A stretch of DNA of 64,000 bases from Camelus dromedarius (Eukaryota), in NCBI RefSeq assembly GCF_036321535.1, contig NC_087436.1:99636001-99700000 (forward strand), in the 5' to 3' direction. The position numbers and the translations under genes are program-made. Under the pieces are notes generated by a model that was not told the DNA's origin, did no database searches, and was given only the letters and a program-made list of their open reading frames with translations. How positions within the stretch are numbered: the stretch's first letter is position 1; each line of letters starts with the position of its first letter. Below, piece after piece: positions 13,361 to 24,940 of the stretch.

Positions 13361-14719
13361 AAATGAAACTTTTTTTTTTTAACTCATTTGGTTATAAAAG
13401 TTGTCCTTTGCTTAACCTTTATTTTCCAGATAATTCTTAAAATGTTATCAATTAATTTGTCCTGAGCAGAACTTGTTAGGAAATATTTAAACAATAGAAA
13501 GTTAACTACTTTTCTTTTTTTCTGTAATAAGCACATCTGGGAAGTATGAGTTTGTCCTATAAAACTTCAGTTTGTTTTTTTTTAACTTTGCCTCAACTAG
13601 AGAACAAAAGTTGAAAAGCAAACCGTGTTCTTGCATATTTCTCCACATCAGCGTATTTTTTTACTTGACCTTACAAATATGTCACGATTCTAAAACATCA
13701 AATGATATAAAAGGAAAATCAGCAATCAAGACAAATCCTTCCTCTCCACAAAAGCAAACACAAGTGTCACTTTATAGAACTGACTTAAGAACTCAGGGTC
13801 AAAATATGGTGTCTTTAATTGTTAAGTGCTGTCAAATATGATTAAATAGAAATTACATCAAAAGTTATAAGAACATACTTCAGACACATGCAAGATCTCC
13901 CCAGAGGATGCTGATTTGCCAAGTGACCTCTGTTTTTCTAAAAAGGAAGAAGCAGTGGTTTTCACTATTTGCACAAATTTTTTCAATCTTTAGTCCTGAT
14001 TGAATTATCTACCCCAAATGATTTCATCCTCTTCTCCATTAAGATCTTACATTATAAACATTCAATCTAATCTTAAAACAATGATAATTTGGCTAGTCCT
14101 AACAGAGACAGTCATCTTATGGGCAAAAAAAAAAGAGTTGAGGTAGACAGATAAGTAGTGAATAAACTGCAAAGCACAGCAACAACCACATCCCAGGAGG
14201 GGAGCCTCAGTACAGAAAATCAGGTCCAGGGCGTGAAATCAATTAATGTGGATATTTTCCTCTTTTTTTTTTTAATTGCTAGGAGGCAGATTCTGATTTC
14301 AAAAGACAGTTTTTGTTAACAAATTAGAAAAATTAGTTATATTTAAGTTGTTAAGTTGTATCTATATATGTCGTTATATTATTTATCAATTAAATTTCAT
14401 GTTCCAAAGAAATACCATTTTCTGGAGAGGCTCTGATTATAGTTAGAAAAAATCAACTCAATATTTCAATAATAATTTCCACTTGAAAACTTCATCAAAT
14501 TAATTTATTATGTATTTAAAGTGTTCAGTTTTCTCTTTAAGCACTAAAATACCTGAAGAAATAAGCTTCAAATAGTAACAAGCAAAATATTTCCAAATAC
14601 TTAAGATGATTCTTATAAGTTTAATAAATTGTCTTCAAGAATATGTTTAGCTTTCTAAAACTAAGCTGTTTACAGAATGTCAAATGATCATATTTTTTCA
14701 TATTAAAATTCCACTTATA

Positions 14720-15115
14720 CATCCAATAATTTTTTTCTTTTTTGATAGAATTTGCAAATTACCAAAAAAAAAATCAGCATACTACAAAGGATTCCAGTAT
14801 ACTTTTATCCAAATTCAGCAGCTATTTACATGTTTACACTATTTGCTTTATGTTCTCAATCCATCTATATAATTTTTTCTGAGGTATTTGAGACTAAAAT
14901 AGTAATTATCACAGTCTTTTTCATCTAAACACTAAAATTTGTATTTCATAGCTTCAAGAACATTCTCTGATATATCCATAGTACAGTGATCAACATCAGA
15001 AAATTTAATATTGATACACTTTTATCTAATACATTGTCTATATTCAAATACCATTAATTATTTCAATAACCCTTTTCATTCTGGTACAATATCCAGTTCA
15101 GGGTCACCCATTGCA
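14720..15115 (-). mobile_element. Ancient L1M fragment
   Basis: AT-rich L1M 3'UTR-like sequence (...cagggtcacccattgcattt). Confidence 0.45.
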
Positions 15116-15117
15116 TT

Positions 15118-15302
15118 TACAGGGAACTATATTCAATATCTTATGGTAACTTACAGTAAAAAAGACTATGAAAACAAATATATGTATGTTCTTGTATGAC
15201 TGAACTATCATGCTGTACACCAGAAATTGACACAACATTGTAAACTGACTATACTTCAATTAAAAAAATATATATATACAAAAACAAAACAAAACAAAAA
15301 AC
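15118..15302 (+). mobile_element. Cetartiodactyl/camelid L1 3' end with A-rich tail
   Basis: acagggaactatattcaatatctt...tgctgtacaccagaaattgacacaacattgtaaactgactatacttcaattaaaaaaa followed by (CAAAA)n. Confidence 0.85.
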
Positions 15303-17299
15303 ACGATATGGATCCCAGGTGAGGTACAGGGAGTAGAATCTGAGAATAGAGCAAGTCTGACGGTAAGAAGGAAGATCCCCCACCGAAAGAATTAGCTCAT
15401 AGTTGTAATATCTTGTCAAGTGTTCAGGCATGTGACAATAACATGGAGACTATGCTATTAGAAACTTAGTACAAAGAAAGGGCTTGGTTGTTTGATCATG
15501 GCTGATGTCCAGTTGTTAGAATTAAGGAACTAGATGAAAATAGAAATTTCAATAGTTCTGAAAACTTTGAATTCACAAATAGTGGCCAGATTTCAACAGC
15601 TGAAGGTTAAGTTGCCCTCAGTGAGAAAACTGAAGGGGTGTAGAGGCAATTAGCTAGATGATTTATATCTTGAAATAAACCATTTTCATAAAAAAAGATA
15701 CATTTAGACAGATATAAAATCAACTTCAAGTAGTTAAATATAAATCCTGATAGTTTGCCTGGAAGCAGGAAGGAGTTAAATGATCCTAGTTAGTTACAAA
15801 TTAAATCTGTTTATTAGTGAAAGTTATAATCCTTTCATCAATGAAGAAAAATTAGAGCATGTAATGTATATACCTAAATATAAGATGACAAATCACCAGT
15901 AATCAAAGACATGATTAAATGGAATAAATGGTTAAAACACTCTGTTAAGCAAAATGGAAACAAAAAGTAAATAAATCTGTAATGTAGTGTAAAGCTTGTT
16001 TGTGGATTATTAAACAATCTAATTTTATAAAAATTAGAGTCATTAAACCCTGGATATGATGAAAATAATTCAGTAAACTTGCTCCTAATCCTCAGCTGAA
16101 ATTAATCAGTTTCAAATGTTGTAGGGAAGATGTAGTAAGTAGATTTAATATCTAGAGTCCCATAAAATGGTATACATTTATGTAAAATAATTACTATGTA
16201 AATAGGTTTTTTGTTAAAGTGTGCAATGTTAAATTATACTACATATTTAATTGTAGTTATAAATATAGAGGCATAGGGCAGGTAAAACAAAAAATATTTT
16301 TCAGAGAACTGAATACAAGAAAGTATATTAAAATGTATACACATATTGGTTTTATTGGCTATTTTTATTGAATATATATTTCTCATATGCATGCTATATA
16401 TATGATGTTCTATGCTATTCAGTGTAAATTATGCTATATATTTTATTGCTCCAGCTTTTCTAAGGTGTGTTTTTTAAGTCTGAAATAACCACTTGGACAA
16501 CTGCTGTAAATTATTGACTTTCACATAATGGTAGTAAATTATGTTGGTATTGTAATTATTCTTTCATACTCTAGTTTTCAATATGTTAAAAGTGCTGTAC
16601 CCGTAATAGGTCGATAAATACATGTTTTATGAATGAATGGATGAATGAATGGCTTGATGAGATACTAAGGATGCTTCTCCAGCCACAATACATGTCCTTC
16701 TAATCACTCATCATTAAATTCTCATCCATTTTTTAAGGCCCATCTTAACTGGTCAATTTTCTGTGAAAACTCTTCTCATCCTTCAAACACTGCTTCACTT
16801 TTTTAAAGCTCCATAGCACTTTGTAGCTTTCTTACATCTCTCTTACATCTCTGCCTCATATTTTTCTGGTCCAATCTATCTTGGCCACTCACCTTCAAAA
16901 AACCCAGCTTACTCAAGTAAATGTAAACTAAGAACACTGAAAAAAATAAAAGTAACACCCTGAAAGTATCCATTTATAAACTTTAACTGACACCTGGCTC
17001 TCAATTCGTGCATCTCCTTTCTAACTGCATTCTTTTTTATCTCTATACTTCTGTTCTTGTTGCAGTAAAAGTGCATCTATCTTTATATCAATCATTCAGA
17101 ATCCTTTCTTCTGGCTTGGCTGCGGCACCTTCGATTTACTTTGTGGCACAAACTTTGAGAAACGTTCTTTAGTCCCATGACCCTCAGCCAAGGCTCAGAA
17201 GCACTTCTTAGCACCCACTTTCATTCTGACTTTCCACAACCCCTTGGATCCAACAGACACTCCTGCCTTCTTTGCTTATTTGTGTGCTTGTTTCAGATC

Positions 17300-17480
17300 C
17301 TAAACCGTTTCTACTCTTAGCTCTGCCATATAAACGTAGGTAACTCTAATTTCTACATTTCAGTCTCCTCCTCAGGAAAACGGTAAATGATACACATAAT
17401 GCTGGTAAGAGGACCTACCCATTCCGAGTAGTATCTGGCACAGTTTAGTGCTCTGTAAATGTTTGCTGTTCTTAGTATTT
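17300..17480 (+). mobile_element. MIR SINE (degraded)
   Basis: gctctgccatata...tttcagtctcctcctcaggaaaa...tctggcacagtttagtgctctgtaaatgtttgctg. Confidence 0.55.
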
Positions 17481-17784
17481 TTACAACTCACAAGCTTACA
17501 TCCATCTTAAAATAAGCCTCTATTCAGTGTCACATTCAAAGGAAATACATAAAATTTCCAAAAGGCTTCAAACATAATCAGTTTTGTGCCTGGTAACTCT
17601 GCCAAACTATCCATCTCACAGCAAAACTTCTGAAAAGATATATGCTTATATTTCCATATTTACAGTTTACTTTTTTTTTCTATCCTAAGCCAGCTCCAAG
17701 AGGACTCTACATACTTTCACTGAAACAAGTTTCTGGTAGTCATCCTCATGCTTATGCCAATAGCCAATGTCTTGTATTAATTTT

Positions 17785-18100
17785 TTTCTTTAAATAGGCT
17801 ATTTTAAGAGTAGATTTAGATACACAGCAATATTAAGCAGAAGGTGCAGAGATTTCCCCTACACCCTCTGCTCCTGCACATGCATAGCCTCCTCTAGTAT
17901 CAATATCCTCACCCAGAGTGGTGCATTTGCTACAACTGATGGACCTATATTGACATATCATTATCACCCAAAGACCACAGCTTACATTACAGTTCACTCC
18001 TGGTGTTGTACAGTCTATGGGTTTAGACAAATGTATAATGACTTGACTCAACCACTCTAGTACCACACAGAGTGGTTTCATTGCCCTAAAAATCCCCTTT
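17785..18100 (-). mobile_element. L1MC-like 3' end
   Basis: ccagagtggtgcatttgctacaactgatggacctatattgacatatcattatcacccaaag; related copy at 54830-55070; it explains ORF 17833..18114. Confidence 0.8.
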
Positions 18101-18109
18101 TCATTTTTG

Positions 18110-18659
18110 TGCATGTCTCAGTAACATTTGAAAGAATTACCACTCTCAGTTTCCCTCCAGAAATGCTGTTTTGTCTTCTGTGATACTACATAGCTTGATT
18201 TTCCCCCCATCTCATTATCTTCCTTCAGTCTTCTTTGCTAGTATTCACTCCTTTAAAGTCACCAAAATTCTGCCTCCATCTTCTTTTCTTTGTGTTTATC
18301 ACTAATAGGTATTTCCAAATTGCTATATCCAAAAGGTCCCATTGATTTCTACTAAAAGAGCTTCCATCAAACTGCAGTCTATCCATGTCTTCTCCAACTC
18401 ATTAAATGAAATCACTGTCTATTGAGTTGTATGCCTAAAATCTGACATCATCTTTGAGTCTCTAGAGCCTCTATATCTTCTCTATCTTTAAATTGTATTC
18501 CTAATTTTACCAGTCCCCACTGCTAATATTCAGCATATTCTGGCCCCAGCCTAACATCCAAAAGTGTCTCCTTCTAAACTAACCCTAGTATTGTATATAT
18601 TGCAGCAACCCAGAAGTTTTGTTTGTTTCTTGAATACTCCCAAGTATTTCTTTTGTCTT
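18110..18659 (+). mobile_element. L2 fragment, left part (interrupted by the retrocopy)
   Basis: Pyrimidine-rich degraded L2-like sequence ending ttcttgaatactcccaag... at the TSD. Confidence 0.5.
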
Positions 18660-18674
18660 CTCTGGTAATTCACT
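18660..18674. repeat. Target-site duplication, left copy
   Basis: ctctggtaattcact, identical to 21085-21099. Confidence 0.9.
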
Positions 18675-21084
18675 CTTTTTTTTTTTATTTCAAAGCTGGA
18701 TATATTTAACTTATAAACAACATTTGGATACAGAGGTTAATCAGATATTCTCAAAGATCCCCAGTGTATTGGCACAGACACACCAGAAAGGAAAGAGAGT
18801 GTTTATGTGCTTCTGCCATATGACAGCTAAATCTAAGGCTGGTTATATCCAGACATCTCAGCAGACAGAGTGCCAGATCCCTTCCAAACTACAAGCATTG
18901 AGTTTTTTTGTGCGTGTCTGGATATTCCTGAATGACCTCCTTTAATACCTTCATTCCAATTACCTGTGCTGTGCAATTATAGCACATCAATTATATGACT
19001 TCAGGTCCACTTAAACTCATTTTTTCATTGTCATGAGTACTACTACAAGTATGAGTAAATCATATTTAAATATTAACCCCTCTGCTCCCTCCTGCAGACA
19101 TTCTTCTTGTGAATTGATTCCATCCGTACATTGTGTCAGACAGTCTAACAGAGCTGATAGGAGACTGTTTTCATTCATTGACCAATGTGTCCATTCTGGG
19201 AAGTGTAACATATTGGAATTTTAGAAGTCTACCTTAATACAGTCACATTTCATATGCTGATACTTTGCTCTTTAAAAAACCATCAACTGTAGACCTTGAT
19301 ACGCTGAAGCCAAATGGTTTCTAACAAAGGTCAAATTCTTCCTCTGTCCCCAGTAGCACCAACTCAAACTGTTGTGAAGCCCTGGAAATGGGACTCTAAG
19401 GACAACAGAAGGTGGTGCATTGCCCACACAGGGGTGGAGCAGAAGTCATTCTGCTGCAGCAGAGATGGCTTTCTTCACTGACACACACGTTTTCATAACT
19501 GCATTCACAACGCTGCCGCTTTACTCTTCCCACTTTTATTTTTATGTTTCAGGGAGTGGAGAAAATGATTTTTCCATTTTAATGTTATTCATTCCTGATA
19601 TGATTTTCATAATCTCAAAAAAAATGGAATTTGTGGATGGGGAAAGTGAAGTTCCTTTTATCGAGGTGCTAGAACAAATGCATAGCTGGATGACAATGCA
19701 GTCTTCATAAGGCCCTTGAGCTTCTCTCAAGGGCAATGCACCCCCAAATCAGACCTGAGTCTGCCTCCAGGATGGAATCTACACTTCTAGTCGTTCTTCA
19801 TGAAGCTGCTAACACTGGCAACTCATGCATACAGATCCACCCATCTTATTTTCATCCTGAGATAGAAAAAGAACTCCACAATATTTCCAAAGGATTTCTG
19901 CATAGCGAGTAAATACCAACTATCAGACAGTTGAGAGAATGGAGACTAAGTTCTCGAAAAGCTAAACTCCTCTATCTTTAAAAGTAATAGAAATACATGC
20001 CTTGGTGAGATCCTGAGGGACTAGGTCTCAGAATTTGCCTCTGCTGACTTTGATCTTGGACCCGAACCCACTTTTATTAAAGCTTTCAATCCCATATTTA
20101 TGGGGTACTGAAACTCCATCCCTTCACCTTTCCAGAACGTCTTTTAAAAATATTTTAGGGATTACAATGCAGCACTTAGTATTTCAGCAAAAAGGACTGT
20201 GGGTTAAATTCACAGAAAAAAAAATGCATAAAAGGCAAAAGTATATCAAGCAGACAGAATCATTCTTTTAAAAAAAGAACTTTAAAAATTAACTGTGCTG
20301 CAAAACTACTTTTGCAATTACAGTGTCGTGTCCCACTACATTCCAGAGGCACTGCGCTCATATAAACAGAACCGCCTAATGCATTTTTTCACAGCAGGGC
20401 TTCTCAGCCAAGGGCTAGTGCGAATTCACTCTACTGCTAGGTGCCGGTGACATTTTGGTTTGCTTTACTGGCAACATTTTGGCGATGCGTCCTATACTAA
20501 GAGGAAGTCTGGAAACCAAGCGTGTGCCAAGGGCCAGATACACCGTGCTACTTCTTTCCCTGCTTTGTGGTTAACTGCCGCACGCCCGGCGGGGGGCTGC
20601 CCCAGCTGTCGCTGGTCCCGGCCTCCCCGCGCCGGGCCTCCCTCCACCGAGCCTCCCAGGACACCTGATGTGCAGCCTGCAGGAAGGCATTCTGCACCAC
20701 CTGTCTGCTGGGGTTCTGCAGCTTCGCTTCCTCGGGCTCACTTCAGGGTTTCTCACCTTCGGTTGAGACTCACGTCAAAACAAAGCCCATTCATTCCATG
20801 AGGCAGGAGGAATGCCTCCCAAGCGTACTTGTGAGCCGGCCGGCGGAGGGAGCCTACCGGAAGTCAGGCACAGCGCGCAGCCACGAAGTCAGATTCCTCC
20901 GCGCGCAGCGCACAGCCCCACGGCTTGGCCCCGGTCTATCTGGGCGGCGTTTCCTCCTCTCCCCGCCGCCGGCCTCAGGCCTCTCGGCTCCCGCTTCTCC
21001 CGCCAACAGTCCCGGCGACCCTGCCCGCCGGCGCTCTGGCGGAGGCCCGGCATGGCCCGCCGGAGGCCCGTCTCGCCGCAGCCC
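18675..21084 (-). pseudogene. Processed retrocopy (L1-mediated) of an apparently non-coding, CpG-island-initiated transcript; parent not identified
   Basis: Exact 15-bp direct repeat CTCTGGTAATTCACT at 18660-18674 and 21085-21099. A T-tract at 18676-18690 (poly(A) on the minus strand) abuts the left copy. The GC-rich 5' end stops abruptly at the right copy. The minus-strand target reads TC/AAAAG, like an L1 endonuclease site. The flanks join into a continuous L2-like sequence. Confidence 0.88.
20560..21084. promoter_or_regulatory. CpG island with promoter-type motifs, located inside the retrocopy 5' end
   Basis: Very GC- and CpG-dense stretch in an otherwise AT-rich window. It has ETS/GABP CCGGAAGT at 20857-20864, GCGCGCAG/GCGCAC NRF1-like runs at ~20873-20915, and a CRE-like TCACGTCA at 20770-20777. 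Confidence 0.8.
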
Positions 21085-21099
21085 CTCTGGTAATTCACT
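21085..21099. repeat. Target-site duplication, right copy
   Basis: ctctggtaattcact, identical to 18660-18674. Confidence 0.9.
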
Positions 21100-21450
21100 T
21101 TTGATGATTCTTCTAGAAATGCTTTATCTACAAAATTAAGTGTTTTATTTAATTACATTTCTTATTTTCAGGCCTCAAATCAAGTGTCTTAGAAAGTGCT
21201 TTCAGGCTACCTAATATCGTGTCTACAGCCACTGTTATCCGTATTACATAAGTTATCCTCTTTATAACAATTCTCGAAGCCAGAATGTTATGTTATTTTC
21301 ATTTTTTCCCCAACTTTGTGTTATTTATTTGACCTATATGGAATATAAGATTGTTGAGATAATATCATCTGTTTTCTTTATCTTTTAATTAGCTAGAGCA
21401 GGAGTAGTCTCTGATTCCTAACATGTGTTTAATAAGTATTTGTAGACTGA
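21100..21450 (+). mobile_element. L2 fragment, right part (continuation after the retrocopy)
   Basis: ttctagaaatgct...ttcaggcctcaaatcaagtgtc... continues the L2 3' consensus and ends ttaataagtatttgtagactga. Confidence 0.5.
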
Positions 21451-21907
21451 CAAAAAAGAGTGAGCAGTGGATTTGAGATATTGGTGGAAATGTTGAGAGT
21501 GAGCAATTTTCTTCTTGAAACCAATAATTTCTAAATCAGGTATTTATTTAATATTTAGCAATAACATTTTATCACCTTAGAGAATAATGAGGAAAAGCTT
21601 TGTCCAAACAAAGTTGTACTTAAAGATCCATACCTAGTTCCTCGCAAAATAGGTGTTGAATAATGCTGGCCTTGTTTTACTCCTTATGTTACTGGGAAAA
21701 AGGAAAATAAGAATTGTCTCTCTTCTGTCACCTGAAAAAAAGAAAAAGAATTTTTGGTAAGAGACAGAAAGCATGATACAAGCAAGATTTTTATTAGTGA
21801 AGTAAAAAATATTGTGATAGTACACCCCCTAGAATTGGGAGCAGGCCAATCCAAGAGAGGAAAAAATGGTGCTGTTCCTTTCTTTTTCCTGTTCTGTATC
21901 CTGGTTT

Positions 21908-21945
21908 TGTGATTGATTGATTGATTGATTGATTGACAGATTGAC
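21908..21945. repeat. (GATT)n microsatellite
   Basis: Directly visible. Confidence 0.9.
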
Positions 21946-22554
21946 AACTCAGGTGCTCTGTGCTCTTGTTAATTGACAGCTCAGGCTCCTTGTGTTTTGG
22001 ATTGTTCCTCGCCTCCCTCCCTGCCCAGTGCTCTTTTCTATCTAAACTACCTAACACTCAGACACTGTTTCCTTCCCCGTGTATACTCCTTGTAAGCTGA
22101 ATTGCTTCTCTTTTTACCTCTTACTAGACTTCATGTTGTTAATCAATTCATTTTTCCTACCTCTTCAAATTTTCTCTCTTACTTCCATCTGTCTACAAAC
22201 ACTTTCAAAAGACCCTCATGTTAAAAGCAGAATGATAATCTGCCTTCTCTTTGAATACACCCTTTGTTCTTCTTCTGCTCAACTTCACCGTGATTCCTGC
22301 AGGGAAAAACTATGTTGTTTCCATTTTTATCGTTTATAGTCAGTCCTTATTTAATCAAAATCTCTCTAATATCACATGTATGCTTAAATCCTAGTTATTT
22401 CATTGTCAAAACCAATTTGTTCCCTGTGTCTACCCTACTTCTAATTTTGCAGTATTTACCACCACGGATTCTTCTCTATCCACATACATCTTGTTTCCAA
22501 ACTGAGGTTTTAAAAATCTCTCTTCTCTTAGCAACTTTTCATACCCATTTTCTT

Positions 22555-22850
22555 TTTTTTTTTAAACACCTTTATTGTGATCTATTTCCTGTAGAGTAAA
22601 CTACATTTATTTCAGATGTACAATTTGATGAATTTTGATGGATGTATACACCAGTGAAACCACTACCTCAATCAAGATAGCTAACATTTCTATCACTCCC
22701 CAAGAGGTGCGATTTTTGAATTCCCAGTTTATCCCTTCCCACCCCTTCTACCCTCTGGTAACCATAACTTTGTTCTCTATGTCTGTGAGTCTGCTTCTGT
22801 TTTGTAGATAAGTTCATTTGTGTCCTTTTTTTCTCCTTATTACCTTTTTT
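22555..22850 (-). mobile_element. Juxtaposed L1 3' fragments (L1MB-like plus cetartiodactyl L1)
   Basis: gtacaatttgatgaattttga...ctacctcaatcaagatag, then ctggtaaccataactttgttctctatgtctgtgagtctgcttctgttttgtagataagttcatttgtg. Confidence 0.7.
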
Positions 22851-24689
22851 TTAATCACCAAATCAGCAAACTTTATAGCTTATCTTTGTTCTGCCCATAC
22901 TTAGTGGGGACCCCTGATATATTTATTCCCTGTTTTCTTCTTTTCTTAGTTCATATAACATAACCTTTCATGGATGAAACTAACATCTGCAAGTGTAAAC
23001 TCTCAGCTTTAAATTTTTGTTTCCCAACTCACTAATGTACTGCATATGCAAACTCCCAAATCCCAAGAAGATGTTTTCTTGACTGGATCAACATTCAAAA
23101 TGCCATACTCAATTTTTCTGTGGCTCCACTTTTTTTTATATCTCTTAAATTTCTTTTGAAATCTTTAAAAGCAGATTTCAATATTTATTTTCTCAGCTTA
23201 TATTTAATAAGATTTTATTGTATCTAATTGAAAATTATATATGATTCAAGCATTAATCATACCCATGACCAAGAAGGCTATAAGAAATTTGCAGATACTG
23301 AAGACTTTATTTCAACCCTAATTAGCTTCCAACATCATAGCTTGCCATAAGCCACGAGGGAGTAAATTTCCTGAAGTGGAACATGGCTAATCATTTTTGT
23401 TATATCTTTGGTGTTCATTAAATCTTGCCACAATGAAGTTATGAATTCTACACAATTTAAGCATTTTAGAATAATCTGGCCTAAGATAGTAATTTTATTA
23501 AGAACTTAATAAAATTCTCTAATGATTTGGACCAGGAAAAATGAGACATGACAATGTCACGGCAAAGTGATATCCCAAGTTGTTTTTACAACTGTTTTCA
23601 TAACAATGTATTTCAGGTATGAATTGTTAATGAAGTCAAGATCTCAAAGCATTTTCTTGTATTCTAAATCATGATCAACAATCTGTCTGATTTTACAGTA
23701 TTGTGTTTACCATGTAATATGTAGAAAGATTTTTTCTTCTATCTATAGTATGGGTTACTGTTCATTAGGGTAGTAAACAAAACATATTAGTGAGTCAGTT
23801 TATGATGGATGAATGTCGTTAAGAAAAAAAGAACCCTGTATAACTATTGCCACATACATAACACTTTTTCTACTCTTCTATAATGTGTCTAATATTTTCC
23901 TGGGGGAATAAATCACATTTGCTTTTGATAGCAGTAAACATGTCATTGGAATCATGTTAAAAATCAGTCACATGTTATGAGGGAAAAGACATTTTTTGAA
24001 AGTAGACTTCGTTTCTTCACATTGCTGACATGGTAATGAAACCTTCCAGTGGTAACATTTTGGGCTATTTGGTTGTTCACGTTAAATCAGCTCTCGTCTC
24101 CTTGCCCTTCTTTAAGACCCTTTTTACACTAATAATATGGGGACAAAAAGGCAGTTATTTTTTCATTCAGATGTAAATGAAAGAGGTTGCCATTATATGT
24201 TGAGATCTAAAGATATGTTTCAAAATACTCATGTGCAGGAATCAGTCTATCAATAATTGACCAACAACTACCTCAAGGCTGAGACGTAACTTCCTTCAAA
24301 AAAGTATGTGATTACTTATTCATTTATTACTTTTTTTATTATTAACTGGGGATGCTCATTGATTTTGCCTCTGGGTAAATACACAGAAAGAAACTCAGCT
24401 TTAATCACTCCTCTACCTGATTGATCTTTTTATGTCATTAAGACAAAAGACGAGTAAAGAGGATGACTCTATGCTTTGATTCATAGGTCAAGGCTCACAT
24501 TCTTGTGTCTCTGGAAAGCAATTTCAGAGCTAGGAAGTCATCAGTAGAAACAACTCTGCCTCCCTAGAGCACACATTCAAAGTTATTTGTTTCTTTTATC
24601 GGTAGTAAAAATATTCTCGATACTATCAGAAGAATTTTATTTTGAGATGACAGGTATTTTCTGGGTGCAAAGGATCAGGAGAAGATGGT

Positions 24690-24940
24690 ACTACTAAATA
24701 ATAATAACAATTATAATAATAAAGTAAAACAGTTACCACTGTTTATTAAAGAATTTGCTATGTGCTAAATACTGCTTTAAGTCTTTTTCAAGCTTAAATA
24801 GTTTTTATCTTCACGGCAACCTTATGAAGCACTATTATTCTTGTCTTACAAATAAGGAAACTGCAACTTTTCCAGAATTGCTTTACTAATAAAGTGAGAG
24901 ACTGGGATTGGTACCTAAGTGGGCTACCTCCAGATCTTAC
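24690..24940 (-). mobile_element. MIR SINE
   Basis: tatcttcacggcaaccttatgaag...ttacaaataaggaaactg. Confidence 0.6.

Noticed and set aside
19640..19850. Possible decayed THAP-domain motif (ICSxH-like after a frameshift) on the minus strand of the retrocopy
   Set aside because: Needs a frameshift and crosses several stops; the other THAP signature residues could not be placed. Likely chance.
20460..21139. CpG island as the native promoter/first coding exon of a resident gene (ORFs 20460..20801, 20798..21139, 20812..21093)
   Set aside because: The island lies wholly inside a TSD-bounded, poly(A)-tailed insertion. The ORFs are P/R/G/A-rich by-products of GC content, and no downstream coding exons were found.
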